From contig CBDBHI010000067.1 in assembly GCA_965205595.1 (NCBI GenBank), positions 207,674 through 271,673 on the forward strand: 64,000 bases of DNA. The letters are read 5' to 3'. The stretch comes from Bryobacterales bacterium (GTDB taxonomy: Bacteria > Acidobacteriota > Terriglobia > Bryobacterales > UBA6623). The position numbers were made by a program, and so were the translations under genes. Positions within the stretch are counted from its first letter, which is position 1. Every line of letters begins with the position of its first letter. Under the pieces are notes generated by a model. That model ran no database searches, had not been told where the DNA came from, and worked only from the letters and a program-made list of their open reading frames with translations. Below are positions 28,355-38,452 of the stretch, one piece after another.

Positions 28355-28717
28355 CTCGCCACGGCCAAGGCTGAACCCGCCCAAACGGCCGTCCCGCGAT
28401 TTTGAAATTTATTTTGCCTTTGGAATCAGCAACCTAGCGATACGGTCGGCCGAAAACCGGACACACGGGCCTTACACTATATCTGGAGGTAGCGGAAAGC
28501 CCTGCAAGGAGGCTCGAAATTTCACAGAAACCCTGCCAAATCCGGCCAATGGGCGGCATTCACGACAGGGCCTGGGGATCGGCTTGCATGAGCGCGCGAG
28601 GAGTTCCTCGTTCTGATTTGTGGAGTATGACGGAATTCAAATGGCAAATCTGGCGGGTCGCCCCGGCCGGCGATTTTTAGAGAAACCCTGCCCAATCCGG
28701 CCCAATCCGGACATTTC
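28355..28717 (-). repeat. Non-coding repeat, copy 3, inverted (empty intron target at 28401|28402)
   Basis: The reverse complement aligns with copies 1 and 2, including the uninterrupted TTTCAA|AATCGC site. Confidence 0.9.
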
Positions 28718-28971
28718 GTTTTGACGGCCAAGCTGCGCCCGAGCGGCTTTGCCAAAAAGCCGGTGACACGGGTCTTATCCTGGAACCGCCGACCGCGACG
28801 AAGGGATTGAGCAACCACGGCGGCTAGAACGCAAATACCCATGAGCAGCCCGAAAAGTTTAGTTTCGCCGAATTGCTCTAAAGATGGATAGTATCCTCGA
28901 CCCGGTGGCTGCCCCAGCGGCTGCCGCCGAAAAGGAGCGTCGACAAGATGATCGAGAAAACAATGAAAGGA

Positions 28972-29047
<76 letters not shown>

Positions 29048-29168
29048 TCAGCGCAGCTTCTTCGATCGTCGCAGACGATGCGTTGCGGTGTCAATCTGGG
29101 GTAGATTTTCGAAACCCGCCCCCTCTACCGCACGTCTCTTCAGGATATTTAGAGGAGAATCTACCCCC

Positions 29169-29825
29169 ATGAAACGTTTCATTTTATCCATTCTGGTCTC
29201 ATGCGTAGTCCTGTTCGTCGGTTGCGGAGAAGGATTCCCCGTTGCCTCAGAATCAGCGGAGTCTGACGGCGAAGCACCCGTGGAAAGTCAGGAAGTCGCG
29301 CCCCTGCTGGCCGAGTTTGCAGCCGGTTCGGATCTTGTAGTTCGCACGATTCCGACACTTTCTTCCAAGTCAGCGAAGTCGGGCGATACTTTCGACGCGT
29401 CGCTAGAACAGCCATTGGTATCCGGCACGTGGGTTGTAGCTGCGAAGGGTGCCTCGGTCAAGGGCGTGGTCGCCGAATCTGATCAAGGTGGCCGCGTCAA
29501 AGGCACGGCTAGCTTGTCCCTGCGGCTGACCCAGTTGCAACTCGCCGACGGCCGCTGGATCGACGTCAACACCGGGCGCCACGTCGTTCAGGCGAAAGCA
29601 ACGGTAAAGAAAGACGCGGTGAAGGTCGGCATCGCATCAGGTGTTGGCGCCGCGATCGGCGCAATTGCGGGTGGCGGCAGTGGCGCGGCCAAGGGCGGAG
29701 CGATCGGAGCGGGCGCCGGTGGCGGCGTTGTTCTGGCGACTCGCGGCGACGCGGCAGTGATCGGATCGGAGAGCGTGATTTCGTTCGAACTCACGGACGG
29801 TTTTGAAGTCGTCGAGCAGCGCTGA
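29169..29825 (+). CDS. Lipoprotein with VirB10/TrbI-like beta domain and glycine zipper
   Basis: FVGC lipobox; L.VR....LSS......GD.F.A.L..P pattern; C-terminal GAAIGAIAGGG.GAAKGGAIGAGAG. Confidence 0.6.
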   Translation: MKRFILSILVSCVVLFVGCGEGFPVASESAESDGEAPVESQEVAPLLAEFAAGSDLVVRTIPTLSSKSAKSGDTFDASLEQPLVSGTWVVAAKGASVKGVVAESDQGGRVKGTASLSLRLTQLQLADGRWIDVNTGRHVVQAKATVKKDAVKVGIASGVGAAIGAIAGGGSGAAKGGAIGAGAGGGVVLATRGDAAVIGSESVISFELTDGFEVVEQR

Positions 29826-29839
29826 GTTGCTTGTTGCGG

Positions 29840-32449
29840 TTATTCGCCGCGCAACACTTCAAGCGGTTTGCGGCCAAGAATTCGGAAGCTGGCGCCCCAG
29901 CCGGCAACGTTCGCAATCAGTGCGGTTGCGACGACAGTCACGACGTTGGGCATCCAGTCGATGACGGATTCAGCTTCAAGGAATTGCTCCAAAAGCACAA
30001 CCGAAAAGCCGGTCGCCAGAAAGCTGCCGATGAGGCCCGCCACGGTCCCGAGAATTAAAAACTCGACGGAAAATATTTGTCCGACCTTCGATCGAGTCGC
30101 ACCCAACGTCTTGAGTACCGCAACCTCACGAATCCGGCGGAAACGTGTGGAAACAACGCTTGATACCAAAATGATCACTCCAGCCAAGATCGCGAATGAC
30201 GAGACGAATCGGATCACCACCGAAATCTGATCGACGACTTCTTGCACGATTCTCAGTACGTCGGCGGCGTTGATCACGCTTACGGATGGGAACAGCTCAA
30301 ACGCCTTGCGCTGGAGTTCTACCGCCTGATCAGGGTCGACCCGGATTCCGCCAAAGTAGATCGTCGGGAAGCCCTCGAGAGCGGCGTGATTGAGTACGAA
30401 ATCGTTGCTTGATCCGGGACGAATTCCCTCGACGCGGTGCGTCGCGGTCACGGTCGCGGAGACTTCTTTAGCGCCGATTCGCCATTTGAGTACAGAGCCC
30501 AGACTAAGATCAAGCACTTCAGCGGAACCTTCGCGAACGGAGACGACGTTCTCGGGCGGTTGATCGCCCCACCACTCACCCGTGATGACTTCGATTTCCT
30601 CGGGCAACTGGTCCGACCAGGTGATTGCGCGGGTCGAACGAAAGCGTCGATTCCAGCCCTGAAGCGGCCGGCTTTCGAGATCTTCACCATCAATCGAAAT
30701 CAAGCGGGCCGCGACGGACGGAAGCAGCTCGGCGTCGCTGTTGACACCGGGGTGGTTTCGCAGCAGCTCTTCAAGCGGGCCGCGCTCCTCTTCGGTGATG
30801 TTGACCAGAAAAACGTTGGGCATGTCCGGCGGCGCGCTGCGGATGAGTTGCGACAACACCGTGGTTTGGATGAGGTACACCGAAAGCGTGAACGTGACGC
30901 CAATGCCGAGTGCCACAAGAATGGCCTCGGCGTGGACGCCGGGCCGGTAGAGGTTTGCGATTCCGTGGCGAAGTGCCGTTGGAAGCCGCATCGGCAGGAT
31001 GTTCGGTAGAGCCTTGAGCGCGCGCAGCAGCGCCCAGGCCGTGATGCCCATTGCAGCCAGACTGCCAACGAGACCGAGCGCAAACCAGCCGCCTAGTTCC
31101 AGCGAGTCGCCAAGCCAGGCTGCAATTGTGCCCATCGCCGCGACAATTATTGCTCCTACTGAAAGAGACGCTTGCCACTCTTTCCGGCGAACTTTCCAAG
31201 AGCGAGGCGTGCCCTCCATATCTCTCCGGAATATCAACGCGGGCCGGATGTTACGAATGCTCAACAGCGTCGGCAGCGAGAATAGCAGAGCGGTCAGCAC
31301 TCCCACGGAGCCCGCTTGAATCGCCGCCCACGGTTGCCACTCTAGGGCCGGCGCCCCCGGAAAATATCGCGCCACGAAGATCGGCGCCGCACCCTGGACG
31401 ATCAGGCCGACCGCGACTCCGATCAAGCTTCCGAGTGTCCCCAGGGCAAGAGCTTGCAGCGCGAAGATGCGAACGATTTGGGCCGAACGAGCCCCGACGC
31501 ATTTCATGATTGCGATGGTGTCGAGCCGCTGTTGCAGATGCGAGTACATTGCCATGGCGACACCCAGGCCGCCCACGATCATTGCGATCAGGCTGACTAG
31601 GCTAAGAAAATTGGTGGCGCGGTCAAGACCTCGGCGGATGGTGGGATGCGTTTCGCGGAAGTCCGCTACGCGCGAGCCTGGTAGGCCGGCTTGAAGAGCT
31701 GTGCGCGCCTGGTCGACAGTGAGGCCTTCGAGAGGAAGCTTTACTAGAAACCGCTGTGACGCGCGGCTTCCGAGGCGGATCAACCCGGTGCGGTCGAGTG
31801 CTTGCTCCGAGAGCATGACGCGAGGGCCGACGTTCATACTTCCGGTCATGCGATCAGGTTCAACCGACAGGATTCCCGCAATTTGAAATGACTCATCGCC
31901 GAGGCGAACGCTGTCGCCAACCTCAACTCCAAGTCTAAGAATGAGGTCATCTGACACGACCACGCTGGTGGGCGTCAGAGCAGTCGACAAATCTTGAGAC
32001 GGTATGAGCTCGATCTCGCCGTAGAACGGGTAGTGGGTCGGATCGACGGCTTTTACCGAAACCAGCAGCGGTCGCGACACGGCCGGACTATTCATCATCG
32101 ACGGCGTTTCGATGACATTCGTGATCGTCGCTCCACGTGACACAAGGTCGTCTAGAGCGCGTTGCTCGTCGGGACTCGGTTCATGGTAGATGCGCGCGCT
32201 AATGTCAGCGGCCATTAGGATTCTGGCGTCGCGCAGCAGCATCTGTCGGAACGCCGCGCAAAATCCGCGCACGCCGCTCAGCACGCCCACGCCGAGCGCA
32301 ACCGCAAGCACAACGAAGAGAAATTTACTGCTTGAGGCGCGCGCTTCGCGCCAGGCGATTTTGGCGGCCAGGCGCCATGAGTCGCTTGAGGTCAAGCTGT
32401 GTTTAGGTCCAAGACCAGCCCTTGCGGAAACTGGGTTTGATGAATTCAT
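29840..32449 (-). CDS. ABC transporter permease, YbbP/FtsX-like (duplicated MacB-PCD + FtsX)
   Basis: AWREAR, GGLGVA...IAIMKCVGA, PNVFLVNI and EVAVLKTLGA motifs. Confidence 0.88.
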   Translation of the reverse strand: MNSSNPVSARAGLGPKHSLTSSDSWRLAAKIAWREARASSSKFLFVVLAVALGVGVLSGVRGFCAAFRQMLLRDARILMAADISARIYHEPSPDEQRALDDLVSRGATITNVIETPSMMNSPAVSRPLLVSVKAVDPTHYPFYGEIELIPSQDLSTALTPTSVVVSDDLILRLGVEVGDSVRLGDESFQIAGILSVEPDRMTGSMNVGPRVMLSEQALDRTGLIRLGSRASQRFLVKLPLEGLTVDQARTALQAGLPGSRVADFRETHPTIRRGLDRATNFLSLVSLIAMIVGGLGVAMAMYSHLQQRLDTIAIMKCVGARSAQIVRIFALQALALGTLGSLIGVAVGLIVQGAAPIFVARYFPGAPALEWQPWAAIQAGSVGVLTALLFSLPTLLSIRNIRPALIFRRDMEGTPRSWKVRRKEWQASLSVGAIIVAAMGTIAAWLGDSLELGGWFALGLVGSLAAMGITAWALLRALKALPNILPMRLPTALRHGIANLYRPGVHAEAILVALGIGVTFTLSVYLIQTTVLSQLIRSAPPDMPNVFLVNITEEERGPLEELLRNHPGVNSDAELLPSVAARLISIDGEDLESRPLQGWNRRFRSTRAITWSDQLPEEIEVITGEWWGDQPPENVVSVREGSAEVLDLSLGSVLKWRIGAKEVSATVTATHRVEGIRPGSSNDFVLNHAALEGFPTIYFGGIRVDPDQAVELQRKAFELFPSVSVINAADVLRIVQEVVDQISVVIRFVSSFAILAGVIILVSSVVSTRFRRIREVAVLKTLGATRSKVGQIFSVEFLILGTVAGLIGSFLATGFSVVLLEQFLEAESVIDWMPNVVTVVATALIANVAGWGASFRILGRKPLEVLRGE

Positions 32450-33824
32450 TCGCCTCGGCGAGATTCTTTACCTTCATTTTTTCCCGGTCCCACTCGAGCT
32501 TCCCTTTAAAGCGAAGCGCGAGGACGCCGAGTAGGATCCACTCGGTGAATGGGCCGGCGATGCCGAAGTTCGAGCAGGAGGGGTCGCCACCCTTGGCCGC
32601 GCGAATCCAGTCACGATAGTGGCCTGGGGAGCGCGTGAGCAGCTCCGGTGGATTTTCAAAATAATCCATGCGCGTCTTCGGCAGTAGGTGCACGTTCCCA
32701 GCGTAGGTGTCCGTCGCCAAATAGCCATTTGAGCCTTTGAACAACGCGCCATTCGCCTGTGAGCGCGCCTCGAACTTTGCGATGTCGGCAGCGCTCAAAT
32801 CGTCTTTCTCTAGCAGCTTTTGCTTCGCTAGCGGATCGATCGGGATCAGCCGCTCGCCCTTGAGGTCGTCCGGGCGGTAGGCGGCGTCTTTCGCCCCGTC
32901 GTACCAGAACACCTTGACCGGCGGCATGTTATTGCGGGCAGGGAAGTCGAAGCGAATGACCGACTTTGTCGGAAACGTGTGAGGGTTTTTGCCTTCTTGG
33001 CTGATGACTTCGACACTGGTCGGCGCGTCAAGCATAAGCGCCATGTTGGCCGACCCAAGGATGTGGCAAGCCATGTCGCCAAGTGCGCCGCAACCGAAGT
33101 CATACCAGCCTCGCCAATCGAATGGCGCGTATGCGGGACTGTACGGGCGGTCGTCGGCAATGCCGATCCAGCTATTCCAGTCCATCGTCGAGGGGACTGG
33201 CTCAGCGGGAGGAATCTTTGCTACGCCCTGCGGCCAAATCGGCCGATTCGTCCAGGCATGGACCTCGGTGACCTCGCCAATCTCGCCGGACCAGATGATC
33301 TCAGCTGCTTCGCGCGTGCCGTCGTTAGAGTAGCCCTGGTTGCCCATTTGCGTGGCAACGCCAAATTTCTCCGCAGCCTCAGTCAGCTCGCGAGCTTCCC
33401 AGATTGTTCTCGTGAGAGGCTTCTGGCAGTAGACGGATTTTCCGCGCTCCATCGCCCACATCGATGCCATGCCGTGCATATGGTCGGGAGTCGTGACGAT
33501 GACGGCGTCGATTTCCCGTTCCTGCTTATCAAGCATTTTTCGGAAGTCGGTATATCGTGTCGCCTTGGGATAAGCTTCGAACGATTCGCCGGCGCGCTCT
33601 TCATCGGGATCCGCAAGAGCGACGATGTTCTCGCTTGAGCAGCCCTTAATATCGGAGCGGGCTTTACCACCGGCGCCAATCGACGCAATGTTGAGTTTCT
33701 CGTTCGGCGATTTATACCCGAGGCGGCCCAGGCTCGGCACCGCACCATACCCCCCAGCGGGAATTGCGGCTGTGAGCAGCGAGCCAAAAAAGAAATGGCG
33801 ACGTGAAAGATTCTTGCTCTTCAT
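32403..33824 (-). CDS. Gfo/Idh/MocA oxidoreductase with Tat leader
   Basis: SRRHFFF, IGAGG, TPDHMH, YCQKPL and TQMGNQG motifs. Confidence 0.92.
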   Translation of the reverse strand: MKSKNLSRRHFFFGSLLTAAIPAGGYGAVPSLGRLGYKSPNEKLNIASIGAGGKARSDIKGCSSENIVALADPDEERAGESFEAYPKATRYTDFRKMLDKQEREIDAVIVTTPDHMHGMASMWAMERGKSVYCQKPLTRTIWEARELTEAAEKFGVATQMGNQGYSNDGTREAAEIIWSGEIGEVTEVHAWTNRPIWPQGVAKIPPAEPVPSTMDWNSWIGIADDRPYSPAYAPFDWRGWYDFGCGALGDMACHILGSANMALMLDAPTSVEVISQEGKNPHTFPTKSVIRFDFPARNNMPPVKVFWYDGAKDAAYRPDDLKGERLIPIDPLAKQKLLEKDDLSAADIAKFEARSQANGALFKGSNGYLATDTYAGNVHLLPKTRMDYFENPPELLTRSPGHYRDWIRAAKGGDPSCSNFGIAGPFTEWILLGVLALRFKGKLEWDREKMKVKNLAEANEFIKPSFRKGWSWT

Positions 33825-33892
33825 GATGTTGATTACTAGCTCACATTATGGCAGGCGACCGGCTGCTTTCGAGTCGATTGCCGAGCGTAAAA

Positions 33893-36826
33893 CTATGCGC
33901 CGGCGAAGATTCGCTCGAAGATTGCTCGCGTTGACATCCGCACCTCATCAAGCAAAGAATTCAGCGGTCGGCCATCGGGCCGGATGGGGCTCCAGCGACT
34001 TAAGAGTTCGCTGAAAACTTCTCGCTGCCACTGCTCGGCCGTTGGCGCGCTGGAAGACGATCCCGTGGCCACACGAATGGCGTGATCCAGTGAGCGGAAG
34101 AATGTCGCGGCACTCAATAGCGCGTCGCGGTCCGCGTCGGTGAGTAGCTCTGATGTGTGAATGATGCCGATTCGTTCGAGCGTATTGAGGGACTCAAAAA
34201 ATGCGCCGGCCCCTCGCAGGCGCAAATACATCAGAATGAAATCGATGTCGTAGTAGCCGCCTGCTCCAGACTTGATCGGTCGCTTTTCGCCCTGGTCTTT
34301 CTGGAGTCTCATGCGCATTTTGACGAGCAGGGTCGATAGCTCGTCGCTCAAGCCGAATCGATGCCAAGCCACTCGCTGCAAGTCCGATAGAAATCGCTTA
34401 CCTTCGACAACATCGCCCGCTATGGTTTTCGCCTTCATATAAGTCAGCGCTTCCCATGCTTCGGCTTTCTGTGCGAAGTAGTCCAGGTAGTGGCCTTCGG
34501 TCTGAACCAATTCGCCATCCCGCCCCATCGGTCGCAAACGCGGGTCCATGCTGAACATCTGCCCGTCGCTGGTGTAGCTGCCGACGATATCGATAATGCG
34601 ATTTGCGACGCGGGCCCAGTGTGGCAGGCGCGCGGATTCCCGATCGGGGACGACGAAAACAATGTCGGCGTCTGAGCCGAGGTCGAATTCGCGCATACCC
34701 AGCCTACCCAGCGCCACAATCTGCATGCCGTCGCCGTATCGCTCGCCGTCCGGTAGGTCGCGGACTGAGATTGCGTAGGCGGCACGAATAATCCATTCCG
34801 CCAAGTCGCTCGATCGCAACAGTGTCGTGAAAATGGGTTCCCGGCGAAAGATGCTGCGTGCTTGGATGCGGAGCATCTGACGGCGGTAGAACCGGCGCAA
34901 GCCAGACGCGGCTGCATCGGCGTTTACCGTGCTGTGAAGCAGTTCTTCAATGTACGGGTGGACCGTTCGAGTGTGATACTCGTCCTCGTTCCCCTCGGCC
35001 GCCTCGACTAGCTCCGCAACGTCCTCGGGGAATCGTGCGATGTAGGCTGCGAAATGGGGGCTGTGCTGCATCAAGTCGGTGACACAATCAATCACGAGAG
35101 GATGCCGCTCTAAACAATCGATGACGGCAGGCTGCACGACTGCGCTGTTCAGAAACTGTTCGAACGCGCGTTCGCCGCGGCGCAGATTGATCTTGGCACT
35201 CGATCCGCCGAGTCTTGCAGTCAAGTGCTGCGGGAGTTGCGACGGCGTCTGCGAGGGCGGTTCGACCCTGGCTTGGGCCACATCGTGGACTTCCTCTGTC
35301 GGCGTCTCCGCCGTTGAAGGCGTGATCTGCTTTGGAACCTCGCCCGCATTTTGGTGCAAGCGCCGACTTTGGATCACCCGATCATAGACGGCGCTAACTT
35401 TGCCGAACTGCTCCTGTATTTCTTCAAGCAGGCGAGATGTCTCGTCGCTACTTTCAGTTCCGTACATCTGCCAGGAAAGATGGCGCAACGATTCGCGGCG
35501 CGACGGCAATGTGTGCGTTTGCTGATTCGCCTGGAGCTGCAGGCGATGTTCAATTGTTCTGAGGTAGTGATAGGCAGCGGATAGGTGGCCGTAATCGTGG
35601 GTCGTGAGATAGCCCTTCTCGCGTAGCCGATCGAGCGCAAACAATGTTCCACCGCTGCGCAGCGACGCGTCCACGCCGCCGTATAAACGCTGCATGCATT
35701 GGACGAGAAACTCGATGTCGCGGATGCCGCCAGGGTCAAGCTTGACGTTGATAGTTGTGCGCTGATCCCGCGCACGTTGCTTTCGGATGCGATCCCTAGA
35801 TTCGGCGAGGCTCTCAATCTGCGAGAAATCGGTCGTGGTCTGGTAGATGCGAGGCGTCACCATGCTGAGGAAGTGCTGCCCGAGCCGCAGGTCGCCGGCA
35901 ACTGGTCTCGCCTTAATCAGCATCTGTAGCTCCCAATCACGAGCGCGATTGAAGTAGTAGTTCGCTGCGTAGGCCATTGGCACAACGAGTTCGCCTGCGT
36001 TGCCTTCCGGTCGCAGCCGCAGATCAACCCTATAGTTGAAGCCCTCGGTCGTCATCATTGACAACACCTTGGTCAGCCGTGTTGCGCATTGCTTACTGAA
36101 GTCGTGGTTCGTGGTTTTGACAGGGCCCCAGGTGTAGCCATCGCCGGTATGGAGGTACATCAAATCGATGTCGGAGCTGTAATTAAGCTCCGCTCCGCCG
36201 AGTTTTCCGAGCGCTAGTACGACGAAGTAGCAGATGATTGGGCCGGTGTCAGCTTCGCAAAGCGGGCGTCCAAAGCGTCGAACCAGTTGCTGTCGCACGT
36301 GGTCATGCGCACCCTGCAGCACGGCATCGGCAAGGTTTGAGAGTTCCCGCGCGATCTCGTCGAGGGGGGCGATGCCAAGAAAGTCGCGTAGGCCGATTCG
36401 CAGCATGTGCATGCGTTTGAATCGAGCCAGCAGTTGCGCGGCTTCAGCATCGTCTGCATCCACCCGAATCGCGCCCAACTCAGACCGAAGCTCTCCCGTT
36501 GGAGTCACGCCGTAGAGATGTTCCGGCAGCATCGCCCAGCGGAGTAGTTCCGGATATCGCAGCAGGACATCGGACAGAAATGGACTGTTTCCGAATACCG
36601 TAAGCGCGGCGTGGAGAACATTACTCGAGTAGTCCTCGGGACCCAGCGTCCATGGGACTTCCGAGAAGTAACGGTTGAGCCGCTGAAGAGCGGTGTAGCG
36701 ATCGGGAACCGTTGCCAGAAGCGCCGGAATCCCCTTAATCGCAAGTGCGGGCAAGCGCTTTTCGAGTGACGAAAGTAGCGCAGCGAGGCGCGGATCTTCT
36801 GCCGTTGCTGAGTGGTCTGACGCCAC
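33893..36826 (-). CDS. glnE: Glutamine synthetase adenylyltransferase/deadenyltransferase
   Basis: Two nucleotidyltransferase domains: ALGKLGG.ELNYSSDIDL..VDLRLRPEG and ALGRLG..E....SDAD...D.RLRP.G; KLDPGGIRDIEF. Confidence 0.93.
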   Translation of the reverse strand: MASDHSATAEDPRLAALLSSLEKRLPALAIKGIPALLATVPDRYTALQRLNRYFSEVPWTLGPEDYSSNVLHAALTVFGNSPFLSDVLLRYPELLRWAMLPEHLYGVTPTGELRSELGAIRVDADDAEAAQLLARFKRMHMLRIGLRDFLGIAPLDEIARELSNLADAVLQGAHDHVRQQLVRRFGRPLCEADTGPIICYFVVLALGKLGGAELNYSSDIDLMYLHTGDGYTWGPVKTTNHDFSKQCATRLTKVLSMMTTEGFNYRVDLRLRPEGNAGELVVPMAYAANYYFNRARDWELQMLIKARPVAGDLRLGQHFLSMVTPRIYQTTTDFSQIESLAESRDRIRKQRARDQRTTINVKLDPGGIRDIEFLVQCMQRLYGGVDASLRSGGTLFALDRLREKGYLTTHDYGHLSAAYHYLRTIEHRLQLQANQQTHTLPSRRESLRHLSWQMYGTESSDETSRLLEEIQEQFGKVSAVYDRVIQSRRLHQNAGEVPKQITPSTAETPTEEVHDVAQARVEPPSQTPSQLPQHLTARLGGSSAKINLRRGERAFEQFLNSAVVQPAVIDCLERHPLVIDCVTDLMQHSPHFAAYIARFPEDVAELVEAAEGNEDEYHTRTVHPYIEELLHSTVNADAAASGLRRFYRRQMLRIQARSIFRREPIFTTLLRSSDLAEWIIRAAYAISVRDLPDGERYGDGMQIVALGRLGMREFDLGSDADIVFVVPDRESARLPHWARVANRIIDIVGSYTSDGQMFSMDPRLRPMGRDGELVQTEGHYLDYFAQKAEAWEALTYMKAKTIAGDVVEGKRFLSDLQRVAWHRFGLSDELSTLLVKMRMRLQKDQGEKRPIKSGAGGYYDIDFILMYLRLRGAGAFFESLNTLERIGIIHTSELLTDADRDALLSAATFFRSLDHAIRVATGSSSSAPTAEQWQREVFSELLSRWSPIRPDGRPLNSLLDEVRMSTRAIFERIFAGA

Positions 36827-36934
36827 GAATTCGCAGAATAGCGCAGCGAATGAAAATGTAGTCAGCTCGACCCGTCGCCCTACGAGCGCGGTCGTGGAAC
36901 AATGTGGGTTCAGGGAACGTCACAGAAATCAGAT

Positions 36935-37747
36935 ATGCTTACTCGTCGGGAATTTACGAAGGTGCTACCCGGGATTGCCGTGGCCGCGCCGAATCTAAGC
37001 GCCGAAACTCGTCAAGAGAAGGGAAAACGGCTCATCGAGCAGGCGCTTGAAGCAATCGGTGGCGACTCCTTCCTTAGCATTCGAAATTCTGTTCGTAGCG
37101 GCCGCGCGTATTCTTTCTACAACCGCCAAGTTCGAGGCCTCGCGCGCATTACCCTATACGACCGATTCGATGCCGCTAAGCTGGATGCCGACCCCGATTG
37201 GCTCCCGATCAGCCGACGCGAAGTCTACACCGAAAAAGGCGACTACTACGCTCTCTTTCTGAATGGGAAAGGGTACGAGATAACCTATCGTGGTGCGGCT
37301 CCACAGCCTGAAGACTACATGCAAAAATATCGCCTCGCGGCGCGGCGCGACATCTTCTTTTTCATGCGTTACCGCATGAACGAGCCCGGGCTGTACTACT
37401 ACTACACAGGCACCGAGATCATCGACAACACACCCTGTGACGCTGTCGATATAACCGATGCCGACGGTGAGGCGATTTCGGTGTATTTGCGGCAGTCGGA
37501 TGGCCTGCCACTCAGTCAGCAGTATTTGCGGCGTGATCCGAAAACGCGTGTTCCCTACGAAGAGCGTTCGGTGTTTGGGCGCTATCGCGAAGTTGGCCCG
37601 AATCTACTGCCTTCCGTTATTCGGCGCGAGCGTGACGGCGATCAGGTCTTCGAGTTGTTCGCAAGCAGCTACGAGATCAACACCAAAATCGATCCCAAAA
37701 TATTTTCAATTCAAAAGGGTGTTGATATCTTGCCGCCCGACCCGTAG
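36935..37747 (+). CDS. Exported hypothetical protein (LolA-like beta fold suspected)
   Basis: TRREF leader; beta-rich sequence; ORF compositionally typical of coding DNA. Confidence 0.55.
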   Translation: MLTRREFTKVLPGIAVAAPNLSAETRQEKGKRLIEQALEAIGGDSFLSIRNSVRSGRAYSFYNRQVRGLARITLYDRFDAAKLDADPDWLPISRREVYTEKGDYYALFLNGKGYEITYRGAAPQPEDYMQKYRLAARRDIFFFMRYRMNEPGLYYYYTGTEIIDNTPCDAVDITDADGEAISVYLRQSDGLPLSQQYLRRDPKTRVPYEERSVFGRYREVGPNLLPSVIRRERDGDQVFELFASSYEINTKIDPKIFSIQKGVDILPPDP

Positions 37748-37769
37748 GTCGGAGTATGCAGCGGTTCGC

Positions 37770-38402
37770 CTAGACGTCGGAAATGAAATTATTTCCCGCA
37801 TGAGCGATGATCGGCACCCACAGCGTCTTCGAAACTTTGAGCAGGTAGACCATCGCCAGCCCAAAACAGAATACCCAAAGTGAGCTCTTGGCCAGCGAAC
37901 CCGCGGCTAAGCCGTCGATCATGAGCCAAGCGGGCACGTGGATTGCTACGAAAAAGAGCGCCGAAAGAATATTGGCGTTCCAGAACGTCGTGAATCGTTG
38001 CGCCTGGTTGAGCGCGAATCCGCGAGTCAAGACCTCCTCGATAAATGGAGCGCTAGCAACGGCCGCAGCCGTGGATCGTAGAGCTTTGGGGCCGATTTCG
38101 TCGAACCCCAGCGAAAGTGCAGTCAACTGCCAAACAATGCAGACGAGCACCGTCCCCGCGACCCAACTCAGCGACGGCCGAGAAAGGCCCAAGGCATCTT
38201 GCACCGTTCCCCGATCGATCAACTTAATATAGAGAATCGGCGGAATTAGCAAGAATACGATGCGAAATACCGTCGACACCCCGATGCGCTGCCAAGTGGT
38301 CGAGAACTGGCGTTCAAACTCCCCAAACACGGTAATGCGTACGGTCCAGATGATCAAGACTCCGGCGGCAAATAGTGCCAGGCGTTTCGCTTGTTGGTCC
38401 AT
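37770..38402 (-). CDS. CPBP (Abi/CAAX) intramembrane glutamic endopeptidase
   Basis: PFIEEVLTRG, F..IH and IIAHAGNN motifs; multiple TM segments. Confidence 0.88.
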   Translation of the reverse strand: MDQQAKRLALFAAGVLIIWTVRITVFGEFERQFSTTWQRIGVSTVFRIVFLLIPPILYIKLIDRGTVQDALGLSRPSLSWVAGTVLVCIVWQLTALSLGFDEIGPKALRSTAAAVASAPFIEEVLTRGFALNQAQRFTTFWNANILSALFFVAIHVPAWLMIDGLAAGSLAKSSLWVFCFGLAMVYLLKVSKTLWVPIIAHAGNNFISDV

Positions 38403-38452
38403 GTGGTGAGCGGATTTCGGATGCTAGCATAGGCCGAGGTGAAATCAGAAAA

